A stretch of DNA of 64,000 bases from Chloroflexota bacterium (GCA_965221905.1 OZ244922.1:2144001-2208000); one strand, 5' to 3'; positions 29,385 through 39,098 are shown, numbered from the stretch's first letter. Made by a program: numbers and translations. The notes: generated from the letters alone by a model not told the origin.

Positions 29385-31643
29385 ATGATGCGACGACGTG
29401 ACGTCCTGAAATTAGCCGGCACTTCAGGCTTGGGTATGAGTGCTGTGGCCTTCGCGGGCTGCGGTACGCCGGATCGTGAATTCCACATTCAGAGTCCGGT
29501 GGAAATACCGGAAGATACGGTGACGGGTCTCGATACGTGGTATGCGAGCATTTGCCAAGATTCCGGCGATGGCTGCGGCATTATCGTGCGGGTCAAGAGC
29601 GGCCGCGCACGCAAGATTGAAGGCAATCCCGACTATCCCCTCAACCGCGGCAAGAGTTCCGCCAAGGCGCAAGCGGCCCTGCAAACGCTGTACAATCCCG
29701 ATCGTATTCCCAACCCGATGGTCCCGAGACGCAGTCGAGGCTCCGGTCAATATCGGTTCATGCGTTGGGAGGAAGTGCTGCCGGAGTTCCAGGAAAAGCT
29801 TGGCGCTGCCCAAGAGGGCGGCATAGTCATGATTACAGAGCCCGTCAACGGGCACATGGGTATGATCCTCGAACGGTTTACCCAGAGTATCGGCGCGCGC
29901 TGGCTGACGTACGAGCCACTTGAGCAGGCTGCGGTACGACAGGCCAGCCAGCAGGTGTTTGGGACCACGCGTGTGCCGCAGTTCGATATTGCGAATTCCG
30001 CTTACTTGCTTTCCATCGGCGGCAACTTTCTGGAAGGCGGCGATGCGCCGGTGCACTACGGCCAAGCCTACGGCAATTTCCGACAAGGAGCGGGCCGTTC
30101 TCGGGGCACGTTTGCGCATTTCGATACGCACCTAACGATGACAGCGGCCAATGCCGACGAATGGCATCCCGTGAACCCCGGCACTGAGGGCATTCTGGCG
30201 CTGAGCATTGCGCACGCCGTATTGGATGGCAACGCGGTGCCCGCCGCGCTCCAACCTCTGACCGGTGGCGAGGGTAATCTGGATGCATATGCGGCCGAAA
30301 AAGTCGCTGCAGCAATCGGCGTGCCGGCTGAGGTTATTACGAGGGTTGCCCATGACTTTGCCGCGGCGCCGACCGCGGTAGCAATGGGCGGCGGCAGCGC
30401 TGCCGGCCATACAAACGGGGTCTTCAACATGGCCGCCGTCTTCGCACTCAATTTGCTGAAAGGCAACGTGGGACAAAGTGGCGGCGTGCTGCTGAATGCC
30501 CCGTCGCCCCTGCCGGATATACCCGCTGAAGCGCCAGTGACCTCGTTCCAAGAGTGGGAGACGTTTCTCAGCGAAATAGACGGCGGCAACGTACCGCAAG
30601 TGCTCTTGATACATGGCGCCAATCCCGTGTTTGGCCTTCCTGGGGTCCTGAACGCGGCCAATTTGCTGGATCGGATACCCTACATCGTCAGCTTTTCGAA
30701 TGTATTAGACGAGACTACGGCATTGGCAGACTTGATCTTGCCGGATCACCATTACCTGGAAAGTTGGGGCACAAGCGTGCCCCCGTTAGGCGCTGAGTAT
30801 TCCACTCTAGGAATTCAGCAACCGGTTATCCGCCCGTACCACCAAGAGTTCGAAGGGGAAGCCGGTACGCGTGCCTTCGGCGACGTGCTGCTCGGTTTGG
30901 CACAGTTCTTTGGCGGAACAATGGCCGAAGCACTGCCATGGGAATCGATGAGAGATGCTATTCGCGCCAGTGCTGATGTCCTTCAAGCCCGAGGCGACGG
31001 CTCAGTGACAAGCGATGATCCGGAAGTTTTCTGGCTGTCGGTATTGCAACGCGGCGGCTGGTGGGTGCCGTCTGAAAGTGTGTCGGCAGACGCACCGGAC
31101 CTGACCGGCTTGTCCGTGACAGAAGCGGATTTCAGTAGTGCTGACCAAGAGTATCCGTATCATCTCATCGTTACTCCATCAGTATTGCTAGGGGAAGGCA
31201 GCGGCAGTCTGGCTGCGTCACCGTGGCTGCAATCAACCAGTGACCCCATGACAACAGGTGTCTGGGGAACATGGATTGCCCTTAGCCCAAAGACCATGGA
31301 AGCATTGGGCATTCTGGAAAACGACATCGTGCGCATTACGTCGGTGGCAGGCTCACTAATGGCTCCCGCGTACCCCTATCCTGGAATAGGCGAGGGCGTG
31401 GTGAACGTGCCGCTCGGCCAAGGGCACAAGGAGCTTGGGCGGTATGCCGAGAACCGTGGGGATAACCCACTGCGTATTTTGGCGCCGGTCATCCAGGAGC
31501 AAACCGGGGCTCTAGCCTGGTCGGCTACACGGGTTCGGATCGCGCCAACAGGACGGCGGACCCGTCTGGCGCGTATCGAGGGTATCACCGCGCCGGTGCA
31601 GATGCCCGATGAGCAGACGTTCCAAATCACGAACGAGAGCTAA
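29385..31643 (+). CDS. ACIII ActB1 / QrcB-like molybdopterin-oxidoreductase-fold subunit, Tat-exported
   Basis: RRRDVLK Tat motif, FAGC lipobox-like, KIEGNPDYP, LYNPDR, DETTALADLILP..HYLESWG, PLGQGH; FS0 Cys motif is degenerate. Confidence 0.85.
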   Translation: MMRRRDVLKLAGTSGLGMSAVAFAGCGTPDREFHIQSPVEIPEDTVTGLDTWYASICQDSGDGCGIIVRVKSGRARKIEGNPDYPLNRGKSSAKAQAALQTLYNPDRIPNPMVPRRSRGSGQYRFMRWEEVLPEFQEKLGAAQEGGIVMITEPVNGHMGMILERFTQSIGARWLTYEPLEQAAVRQASQQVFGTTRVPQFDIANSAYLLSIGGNFLEGGDAPVHYGQAYGNFRQGAGRSRGTFAHFDTHLTMTAANADEWHPVNPGTEGILALSIAHAVLDGNAVPAALQPLTGGEGNLDAYAAEKVAAAIGVPAEVITRVAHDFAAAPTAVAMGGGSAAGHTNGVFNMAAVFALNLLKGNVGQSGGVLLNAPSPLPDIPAEAPVTSFQEWETFLSEIDGGNVPQVLLIHGANPVFGLPGVLNAANLLDRIPYIVSFSNVLDETTALADLILPDHHYLESWGTSVPPLGAEYSTLGIQQPVIRPYHQEFEGEAGTRAFGDVLLGLAQFFGGTMAEALPWESMRDAIRASADVLQARGDGSVTSDDPEVFWLSVLQRGGWWVPSESVSADAPDLTGLSVTEADFSSADQEYPYHLIVTPSVLLGEGSGSLAASPWLQSTSDPMTTGVWGTWIALSPKTMEALGILENDIVRITSVAGSLMAPAYPYPGIGEGVVNVPLGQGHKELGRYAENRGDNPLRILAPVIQEQTGALAWSATRVRIAPTGRRTRLARIEGITAPVQMPDEQTFQITNES

Positions 31644-31664
31644 CTTCAGCGGGGAGAAACGGCG

Positions 31665-32468
31665 TTGAGACAAGGTGCAGAAGGACAAGAACAAGACACA
31701 AGCAAGCCGGTGACAAGCATTGGCCGACGCTGGGGTATGGTGGTGGACCTAGACCGCTGCACCGGCTGCCAGGCTTGCGTTGTCGCCTGCCATGCCGAGA
31801 ACAATATCGCATTAAACCTTGAAGACATTGTGCTCCAGCAGCGAGCGATGAACTGGATTCGCATCGAGCGCTATTGGGAAGGGGAATACCCCAATGTCAA
31901 AGCGCGTTTTCTGCCCATGTTCTGTCAGCATTGCAACAACGCTCCCTGCGAGCCCGTGTGTCCTGTATACGCGACGTACCATAACCAAGAGGGTCTGAAC
32001 GTTCAGGTTTACAACCGTTGCATTGGCACGCGCTATTGCGCTAACAACTGCCCCTACCATGCGCGGTTCTTCAATTTCTGGGAACGCGATCTCGAAGAAG
32101 AGCAAAGAGAGTATCTCAATCCCAACGTTACCGTTCGCACCAAGGGCATCATGGAAAAGTGCACCTTCTGTGTGCAGCGCATCCGCAAGAGCGAATGGGA
32201 GCGTCGGCAAGCAGATGAACAATTGCAGGATGGGGACGTAACGCCGGCATGCGTGCAAGCTTGCCCGACCGGTACGCTAGTATTCGGCAATCTGGAAGAT
32301 GAAGAGTCTCAAGTATCTCAATTAGCAGAGAACAAGCGACACTACCGCGTACTGGAAAACCTTGGCACTGATACCAATGTGATCTACTTGAAGAAGGTTG
32401 ATCCGCATGCAAGCGAGACAGCACCACACGCTGGAACCGCTGCCAACACCGGCAGAAATAGCGCGTGA
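31665..32468 (+). CDS. ACIII ActB2 iron-sulfur subunit
   Basis: CTGCQACVVAC, CQHCNNAPCEPVC, CIGTRYCANNC (3Fe-4S type), MEKCTFC...PACVQAC. Confidence 0.9.
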   Translation: MRQGAEGQEQDTSKPVTSIGRRWGMVVDLDRCTGCQACVVACHAENNIALNLEDIVLQQRAMNWIRIERYWEGEYPNVKARFLPMFCQHCNNAPCEPVCPVYATYHNQEGLNVQVYNRCIGTRYCANNCPYHARFFNFWERDLEEEQREYLNPNVTVRTKGIMEKCTFCVQRIRKSEWERRQADEQLQDGDVTPACVQACPTGTLVFGNLEDEESQVSQLAENKRHYRVLENLGTDTNVIYLKKVDPHASETAPHAGTAANTGRNSA

Positions 32469-33777
32469 CACATTTAGTCGGGCGTTAGGGAGCAGTGGTG
32501 CGTACCGCGTCACGTTGCTCGTCCTTTTCCTGCTCTTTGTTGGCGGGGTAGCCGGCTTTGCCATGCGGCTCAGCGCCGGCATGGAGGACCGCGGGCCGTG
32601 GGGCTACTACGCGGCTGTTTTCGGGTTCCTCTTCACGGTTGGGCAGGCAGCGCCCATGGTGGCGTTCGTGCCGCGTCTTGCCCGTGCGCGCTGGCATGGG
32701 CCGCTCGTACGCGCAGCGCAAGTGGTGGCGGTAGCGGGACTGCTAAATGTGCTGCTCTTCATACCGCTGCTGTGGCTGGTGCCTTCTAGTGCAGTGCGGA
32801 CCACGGTGTGGTTCGACTGGCCGTGGGGCGCGCCGCATTTCTTCGATACGATCTTCGTTCTCATGCTTGTGATGAATGGGTTTGCGTTTCTCTGGGTACA
32901 GGCAATGCCGGACCTCGCGTCTCTGCGCGTGCAGAGCGGGGGCACCCACCGTTTGGCGCGGCTGCTTTCGGGGTCGTTCATTGGTACGCCCAAGCAGTGG
33001 AAAGTGCAACGCATTGCCTTAGCTGTGTTGGGCGGCTGCTATGTGATGAACTTCATATTCGTGCAATCTCTGATCAGTCTTGACTACGTGATGACACTCG
33101 TGCCGGGGTGGAAGAGCTCAATGTTCCCGGCCTTCTACAGCATCAACGGATTGCTCGCCGCCACGGCGATGACGATCGTCGTAATGGCGGTCATTCGACG
33201 GTTTTATGGACTGCAACGGTACATCACTGTTGACCAGTTTTGGAACGTGGCAAAGATCATGTTTGCGCTCAATTTGGCCTGGGCCTATCACTGGTGGTCG
33301 GACTTTCTCACAACCTGGTACGGTCGCATACCGCGGGAGACCGTCGTCACGATCGGTACGCGGAGCTTTGGAGAGAACACTGGGCTATTCGCCATTGCAT
33401 TTATTAGTTGCTTCTTGTTGCCGCTGCTGATTTTGATGTGGAACCCTTGGCGCAAGAGCGTTGCCGGCCCAACGATTGTGGCGAGCCTTTCACTCTTTGG
33501 CATCTTCATTCAACGCATAATCGACTATGTGCCCGCATATCTCTCGACCCAGGACCCACTGGACCACGAGTTGCACGAGGCAATTGCAATCCCTTGGCCC
33601 GGTTTGCCGGACGTCCTTATCATCGTCGGTGGGTTGGCAGGAGCCATATTCCTCGTGACATGGGCAGTGAAGGCTCTAGGGCCGCTCTCGAACTGGGAAA
33701 TGCAGGAGGGCGTACTTCTGCGCCGCAATGAGAAATTCTTGAATACTGAGGTGCCGTATGTCATCAAGCCACAGTAG
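32407..33777 (+). CDS. NrfD-like membrane subunit, probably ActF equivalent
   Basis: About 10 TM helices, GWKSSMFP motif; lacks the ActC quinone-site motifs; overlaps the ActB2 end. Confidence 0.7.
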   Translation: MQARQHHTLEPLPTPAEIARDTFSRALGSSGAYRVTLLVLFLLFVGGVAGFAMRLSAGMEDRGPWGYYAAVFGFLFTVGQAAPMVAFVPRLARARWHGPLVRAAQVVAVAGLLNVLLFIPLLWLVPSSAVRTTVWFDWPWGAPHFFDTIFVLMLVMNGFAFLWVQAMPDLASLRVQSGGTHRLARLLSGSFIGTPKQWKVQRIALAVLGGCYVMNFIFVQSLISLDYVMTLVPGWKSSMFPAFYSINGLLAATAMTIVVMAVIRRFYGLQRYITVDQFWNVAKIMFALNLAWAYHWWSDFLTTWYGRIPRETVVTIGTRSFGENTGLFAIAFISCFLLPLLILMWNPWRKSVAGPTIVASLSLFGIFIQRIIDYVPAYLSTQDPLDHELHEAIAIPWPGLPDVLIIVGGLAGAIFLVTWAVKALGPLSNWEMQEGVLLRRNEKFLNTEVPYVIKPQ

Positions 33778-33836
33778 GAAATCCTGCTCGCTGCAACTAC
33801 TGTCTTTCGTGCGGGCGATGAAGGAGATTAATCCCA

Positions 33837-35204
33837 ATGCATGAGCGCCCCCGGCTCACGCCAATTCAGATAAACCGTGACCTGCTTCGGTCGGTGTTTG
33901 AAACGCCGCTGATTTTCTATGTGCTGCTGCTGCTCTTATTGGGTTTGGTGGGACTCGGCGTGATTGCAGCCACGTTGCTGGTTACGTATGGCTTGGGCGT
34001 CACCGGCCTCAATCATCCGGTCTTCTGGGGCTTCTTCATCATCAACTTCGTGTTCTGGGTCGGTATCAGCCACGCCGGCACGATGATCTCTGCAATTTTA
34101 CGGCTTACGTCAGCGGAATGGCGCCGTCCGGTAGTGCGCGCTGCTGAAGTAATGACGGTATTCTCCCTGATGACTGCTGCGCTCTTCGTGGTGCTCCATA
34201 CGGGGCGTCCCTGGCGCACGCTCTACTGGGCATTCCCGTATGACTTTGTGCGCGGCATATGGCCCGACGTGCGTTCCCCGCTCGTCTGGGACCCCAGCGC
34301 CATTTTCACGTACCTTACCGGTAGTATTCTCTTTGTCTACGCCGCACTGATTCCGGACCTCGCCTTGGCGCGCGATAAGACGACCGGTTGGCGGCGCATG
34401 CTCTATGGAGTTCTCTGTCTTGGCTGGCGCGGCAACGCTCGGCAGTGGAAGCTGCTTAATGCTACGGGCTTGTTGCTCTCTGCACTGATCCTACCGGTGT
34501 TTGTATCCGTGCACAGTATTGTGTCTTGGGACTTTGGCATGTCCCTCGTACCTGGTTGGCACGTGCACATCTTTGCCCCGTATTTCGTTGTAGGAGCCGT
34601 GCTATCCGGTGTAGCAGCCGTGATCGCCTTGATGGCGGTAATGCGCTCTCTATTCCGCCTCCACGACTACATTCGCCCCGAACACTTCGACATGATCGGG
34701 CGTCTACTCATAGTTGTTGCTTTGGCCTGGGCGTACTTCTACTTTATTGATGTAGTCTTCGCGCTATTGAGTAAAGAAGAAGCGGAATACCAGGTGATGA
34801 AGCTGCGGCTCTCGCCGCCCTATCTCTACCTGTTCCTCTTGATGATCACGTGTAACGTATTCCTGCCGGTGCCAATCTGGATGTTTAGGAGATTCCGCAG
34901 AAATATCGGCATCATGGTTTTGACAGCCATCGTCGTCAACATTGGCATGTGGCTGGAGAGGTTCCTGATCATTGTTCCAACCTTGCAACGACGGCATCCC
35001 GATGCGTTCGCCTGGGGAAATTACTCGGCTAGCCTCGTCGAAATAGCTCTGGTGATCTTCTCGTTCGCCAATGTATGTCTGTTATTGTTACTTTTTTCCA
35101 AGATATTTCCCGTTATTCCCATATGGGAGGAAAAAGAGGGTCATATCTGGAAGCGCGAATTCCGTATTGGCAAACTCCGCTTGCCTGCAATAGTGAGAGA
35201 ATAG
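33837..35204 (+). CDS. actC: ACIII quinol-oxidising NrfD-family subunit ActC
   Basis: FWVGISHAGT, RAAEVMT, HTGRPW, SPLVWD, SVHSIVSWDF, GMWLERF. Confidence 0.9.
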   Translation: MHERPRLTPIQINRDLLRSVFETPLIFYVLLLLLLGLVGLGVIAATLLVTYGLGVTGLNHPVFWGFFIINFVFWVGISHAGTMISAILRLTSAEWRRPVVRAAEVMTVFSLMTAALFVVLHTGRPWRTLYWAFPYDFVRGIWPDVRSPLVWDPSAIFTYLTGSILFVYAALIPDLALARDKTTGWRRMLYGVLCLGWRGNARQWKLLNATGLLLSALILPVFVSVHSIVSWDFGMSLVPGWHVHIFAPYFVVGAVLSGVAAVIALMAVMRSLFRLHDYIRPEHFDMIGRLLIVVALAWAYFYFIDVVFALLSKEEAEYQVMKLRLSPPYLYLFLLMITCNVFLPVPIWMFRRFRRNIGIMVLTAIVVNIGMWLERFLIIVPTLQRRHPDAFAWGNYSASLVEIALVIFSFANVCLLLLLFSKIFPVIPIWEEKEGHIWKREFRIGKLRLPAIVRE

Positions 35205-35214
35205 GGAGGCAACC

Positions 35215-35727
35215 ATGCCCAGTGTTCTGGGGTTATTTCAAACGGCAGACACCGCGGCAGCAGCTGCGGACCGACTACAGGCCTCAGGGTTCGGCCCAAC
35301 TGACTATGAGGTACTAACAGGCGCACCCTATCCGGAAGGTGCCTTTGGCGAAGATTCCGGAGACCATCGTCTATTCATATTCCCTCTTGGCGGCGCCATA
35401 ATAGGGTTCGCGGTCGGCTTGATGGTGACGGCCGGCACGCAGCTATCTTTTCCGCTCGTTACGGCGGGAAAGCCCATTCTTGGCATACCGCCAATGTTCA
35501 TCATCATGTATGAAGGCACGATGCTCGGGGCGCTCATCTTTACTATCATGGGCGTCATATTCGAGTCTCGTCTCCCAAATCTCACAAATGATCTCTATGA
35601 TTCGCGGATAACTGAAGGCTATGTGGGGTTGGTGGTTCGTTGCGATGACGATGCGCAGGCAGATACCGCCCAGTCAACCCTCACCGATGCAGGCGCTGAA
35701 GAAGTGAAGCAGCAAGGACGGAGCTAA
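35215..35727 (+). CDS. actD: ACIII subunit ActD (DUF3341)
   Basis: LGLF, PYP, two TM helices, GKP, YE.T.LG, YDSRIT, GAEEV; SD GGAGG. Confidence 0.85.
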   Translation: MPSVLGLFQTADTAAAAADRLQASGFGPTDYEVLTGAPYPEGAFGEDSGDHRLFIFPLGGAIIGFAVGLMVTAGTQLSFPLVTAGKPILGIPPMFIIMYEGTMLGALIFTIMGVIFESRLPNLTNDLYDSRITEGYVGLVVRCDDDAQADTAQSTLTDAGAEEVKQQGRS

Positions 35728-35771
35728 CCCGAATGCGAGACCGGCTACATTCACATGGCCTGTTCCGCTCA

Positions 35772-36296
35772 ATGCGTGACCTTGTGCGCCGGCGCTGGTT
35801 GGTACTGGGTATTCTACTTGGCATAATGCTTGCCGCTTTATTGACCTCGTGCAATGGCTACGTCTGGGACATCTTTCCCGAGATGCACTACCAGGCGTCC
35901 TACCGGCTGCAGGAACCGCCACGGCGAATGCCTCCCACCGATTCTGTGCCGATAACAGGAAAAGCGCGCGAGTACAGATTCGCGGAAGCCGCAGAGGTAG
36001 CCAATCCCCTCACAAGCACGCCTGAAGGCATAGAAGCCGGCAACCGGTTGTTCCAGACCAATTGCAAACACTGTCACGGTGCGGAAGGCCTAGGAGACGG
36101 TCCGGCGGGCGCCTACTTCGATCCGCCGCCGCAACCGATGCAGGGCGAGCGCGTGACCGATCGCAGTGATGGTGAGATCTACTGGATCCTAGCGAACGGC
36201 TCGGGCAACATGCCCAAGTTTGGCCACCTGTTGGCCCCTGAAGAACGCTGGGAGCTTATCCTCTTCATACGGTCATTGCAGCAAGAAGACGGTTAA
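35772..36296 (+). CDS. actE: ACIII monoheme cytochrome c lipoprotein ActE
   Basis: Lipobox LTSC, EMHYQ, CKHCH, distal Met in NMPKF, ERW. Start is 35772 or 35733. Confidence 0.85.
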   Translation: MRDLVRRRWLVLGILLGIMLAALLTSCNGYVWDIFPEMHYQASYRLQEPPRRMPPTDSVPITGKAREYRFAEAAEVANPLTSTPEGIEAGNRLFQTNCKHCHGAEGLGDGPAGAYFDPPPQPMQGERVTDRSDGEIYWILANGSGNMPKFGHLLAPEERWELILFIRSLQQEDG

Positions 36297-36317
36297 CGCT
36301 ACTGGAGAAGGCGACTC

Positions 36318-36605
36318 ATGGACCATGCATTAGCACTACCGATTTGGGACGAATTAGACACCGGATTTATATTTTTTTGGCTGGCGCTCGCTATGATGGT
36401 CGCCACGGCCGTTTCCTTCTTGCTGGCACACGCCATCATCCCGTCTCTGGTGGGTACACGCGATCTCCCGCAGGGGTTTGCGAGACTTCGGCCCGTGTTT
36501 TACGGTGCCACAATTGTTGGGCTCATTCTTGCTCTCTTCTTGTACTACACCACGTGGCAGACCGTTTCCGTATACCTGGACATCTATCCGCGTAAGTGGA
36601 TCTAA
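36318..36605 (+). CDS. Small two-TM membrane protein closing the ACIII operon
   Basis: SD GGAG; two hydrophobic helices; operon position. Confidence 0.7.
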   Translation: MDHALALPIWDELDTGFIFFWLALAMMVATAVSFLLAHAIIPSLVGTRDLPQGFARLRPVFYGATIVGLILALFLYYTTWQTVSVYLDIYPRKWI

Positions 36606-36807
36606 GCTACCAGCGGGAAGCTCCAGAGGTCTTGGCAATTCGGCCAAGAGGCTGTTGGAGGCGCAGTACAATACGTCATTGGGTGAGGATTTCTCTTGGA
36701 TATCCTCATTTTTGTCTTGCCGAACCCGCACAATTGCCTAGGCCAGTCGAGCGATTTTGCCCTAAGACCCCAAAACCCAGGTAACCACCCTTGGCAATTC
36801 GCGTACC

Positions 36808-36837
36808 TTGACAGCCTCTCAATTTATTTGCTACTAT
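36808..36837 (+). promoter_or_regulatory. Sigma70-type promoter for the sulfurtransferase
   Basis: TTGACA (36808), 18-bp spacer, TG-extended TACTAT (36832). Confidence 0.6.
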
Positions 36838-36891
36838 GTAGAGCAACTTGATCAACTTAATGCGGTTCTTACAATACAAGGAGCATGAAAC

Positions 36892-37731
36892 ATGGCTGAA
36901 TACGCCGACTCAAATGTCCTCGTTTCGACAGACTGGGTAGCCCAGCACGGCAACGACGCGAATGTACGGCTCGTAGAGGTAGACGTGGATACCACCGCCT
37001 ATGAGACGGGTCACATCGCCGGTGCAGTGGATTGGGGCTGGCAGTCCGATCTGAACGATCCCGTCCGGCGCGACCTTATCGGCAAGGAAGACCTGGAGCG
37101 GCTCCTGGGCCAGAGCGGAATCACTGCCGATACCACAGTGGTTCTCTATGGCGACAACAACAATTGGTTTGCTGCTTTCGCTCATTGGATCCTCAAGATA
37201 TACGGCCACAAAGATGCGCGCTTGATGAATGGGGGCCGTGTGAAGTGGCTGGAGGAAGGCCGTCCAGCCTCATCCGATATTCCCCATATCGCGGCAACCA
37301 CCTACACTGCGCAAGACCCGGACGCCGCCCTGCGCGCCTACCAAGGCGACGTGCAAGACCGCTTGGGCAATCCAAGCGTCGGTATGGTTGACGTGCGTTC
37401 ACCGCAGGAATTCACTGGGGAAATTCTGGCGCCCCCAGGCTTGCCGGAAACCGCCCAGCGCGGCGGCCACATTCCCGGCGCCGCCAATATCCCGTGGGCT
37501 TCCGCCGTCGCGGAAGACGGCACCTTCAAGTCTGCCGACGAACTGAGCGAGATTTATGGCGGCAAAGGCATCGTTCCCGACAAGGAGATCGTTACCTACT
37601 GCCGGATTGGCGAACGCTCGTCGCACACCTGGTTCGTGCTCAAGTATCTGCTCGGCTACCCGGACGTGCGCAACTATGATGGCTCCTGGACCGAATGGGG
37701 CAGCATGATTGGCGTGCCTATAGAGAAGTAG
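36892..37731 (+). CDS. Tandem-domain rhodanese/thiosulfate sulfurtransferase (CysA/SseA type)
   Basis: GHIAGA, NNWFAA, DVRSPQEF, GHIPGA, active site CRIGER, YDGSWTEW. Confidence 0.93.
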   Translation: MAEYADSNVLVSTDWVAQHGNDANVRLVEVDVDTTAYETGHIAGAVDWGWQSDLNDPVRRDLIGKEDLERLLGQSGITADTTVVLYGDNNNWFAAFAHWILKIYGHKDARLMNGGRVKWLEEGRPASSDIPHIAATTYTAQDPDAALRAYQGDVQDRLGNPSVGMVDVRSPQEFTGEILAPPGLPETAQRGGHIPGAANIPWASAVAEDGTFKSADELSEIYGGKGIVPDKEIVTYCRIGERSSHTWFVLKYLLGYPDVRNYDGSWTEWGSMIGVPIEK

Positions 37732-37834
37732 CAAACACTGGCGCTCTAGACGAGTTAAGGCATGACACAACCTTGTACGGTCGACTGGAAAGTACATCGA
37801 AAAGTCTTCGACGTAGTAGAGGGAGAACACAACG

Positions 37835-39031
37835 ATGAGATCGATTAAGTGCTCCGCAGTAACCGCGTCGGCGAAATGGCGCCGGCTCTTGGCCCCATTG
37901 CTTGCCATCCTTGCTGTAGGTTTGTTGGCTTCCGCCTGTGGCACGTACGTCATTCAGCCGGAGGCGCCCGTTTCCACTGCCAAATACGAAGTCTGGGCCA
38001 TGGACCAGACCAACAACATAATCCACATTATCAATCCGCAGCTTGAAGTAGTGGAGACAGTCGATCTTTCTGAAGCGGGCTTGGAAAGAACACACTGGAT
38101 CAACTTCACGAGCGACTCCAAATACGCCTGGATAGCCAGCACAGTCTCCGGCAACACGGCCGTCATCAGGGCGGAAGACCGGCAGGTGATCGCCACGTTC
38201 GACACGGGTCCTGCGAGTCATGCCGCGGACATTTACCCGGACGATAGCGGCGTTCTCGTCTCCGTGATCAAAAGCGGTGAGCTGGTTGAGGTTGTAGCGG
38301 ACCACGCTACGGAGACGTTCTCCATAGGCCGCATCCTTAAGATTGCGGAGGACCCGCTCGTGAAGGAACGGGCAGACGAGTTCCCCTCTGCGAATCCGAT
38401 TTCATCTGCGTTCACCCGAGACGGGCGCTACGCATATGTGACGCTGGGTCCTGCCCTTGCCGATGGCGGGCTGGTCATACTGGATTTGGAGACTTTCACC
38501 TTGGTCAAGGCGTACTCGCCGGAAGAGGTCAAGGTGAATCTGATGAGCGTCCTCTCGCCCGATGGCACAAAGATGTACGTCACCGGGGGCTCGCGGGACG
38601 CGAAGAGCCTCTTCTACGTATTTGATACCGCAACGCATGAGGTAGTCGCCAAGGACGCAACCCGTGGCGCCGAGGCGCACGGCATGGCGCTGACGCCCGA
38701 CGGCTCCGAAATTTGGATTACCAACCGCTGGACCGGCAACGTCGGCATCATTAGCACCGAGTTCGACGAATTCATCGAGCGGATACCTTTTGTCGGGGAA
38801 GCGCCGGACCTCCTGGTCTTCTCACCTGACGGTGTCTTCGCATTCATCCTTTTGCGGGGTGGCGGACCTACGGATGCCGGCGCTATGTCCGGCGCCGGCG
38901 AACTGCCCGCAGTGGTGGTTGTAGCGGTGGAGACCAGGCAGGTCATGGACATCCTGATTCAAGGTGAGCTTACGGATGAAGGCGAACTGCCGGCGCTGGA
39001 CTACCACGGCATAGCAATCAGGCAGTTGTAA
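37835..39031 (+). CDS. YncE/YVTN-like beta-propeller, probable lipoprotein
   Basis: Signal peptide ending LLASAC; repeated F(T/S).DG..(A/L)YV blades. Confidence 0.75.
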   Translation: MRSIKCSAVTASAKWRRLLAPLLAILAVGLLASACGTYVIQPEAPVSTAKYEVWAMDQTNNIIHIINPQLEVVETVDLSEAGLERTHWINFTSDSKYAWIASTVSGNTAVIRAEDRQVIATFDTGPASHAADIYPDDSGVLVSVIKSGELVEVVADHATETFSIGRILKIAEDPLVKERADEFPSANPISSAFTRDGRYAYVTLGPALADGGLVILDLETFTLVKAYSPEEVKVNLMSVLSPDGTKMYVTGGSRDAKSLFYVFDTATHEVVAKDATRGAEAHGMALTPDGSEIWITNRWTGNVGIISTEFDEFIERIPFVGEAPDLLVFSPDGVFAFILLRGGGPTDAGAMSGAGELPAVVVVAVETRQVMDILIQGELTDEGELPALDYHGIAIRQL

Positions 39032-39064
39032 GCCAGCCAAGATGAATACAATTCGGTAACAGTA

Positions 39065-39098
39065 CAAAGGCCGGTCTCAGGCCTGAGACCGGCCTTTG
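39065..39098. repeat. Perfect 34-bp palindrome (likely terminator or REP-like hairpin)
   Basis: CAAAGGCCGGTCTCAGG followed directly by its reverse complement CCTGAGACCGGCCTTTG. Confidence 0.85.

Noticed and set aside
29385-31643. Catalytic Mo enzyme such as polysulfide or tetrathionate reductase
   Set aside because: The FS0 cysteine motif is incomplete, and the neighbours (pentaheme ActA, DUF3341, ActE) indicate ACIII.
36843-36870. AACTTGATCAACTTAATGCGGTT as an Rrf2-type operator before the rhodanese
   Set aside because: The symmetry is too weak to support without a motif scan.
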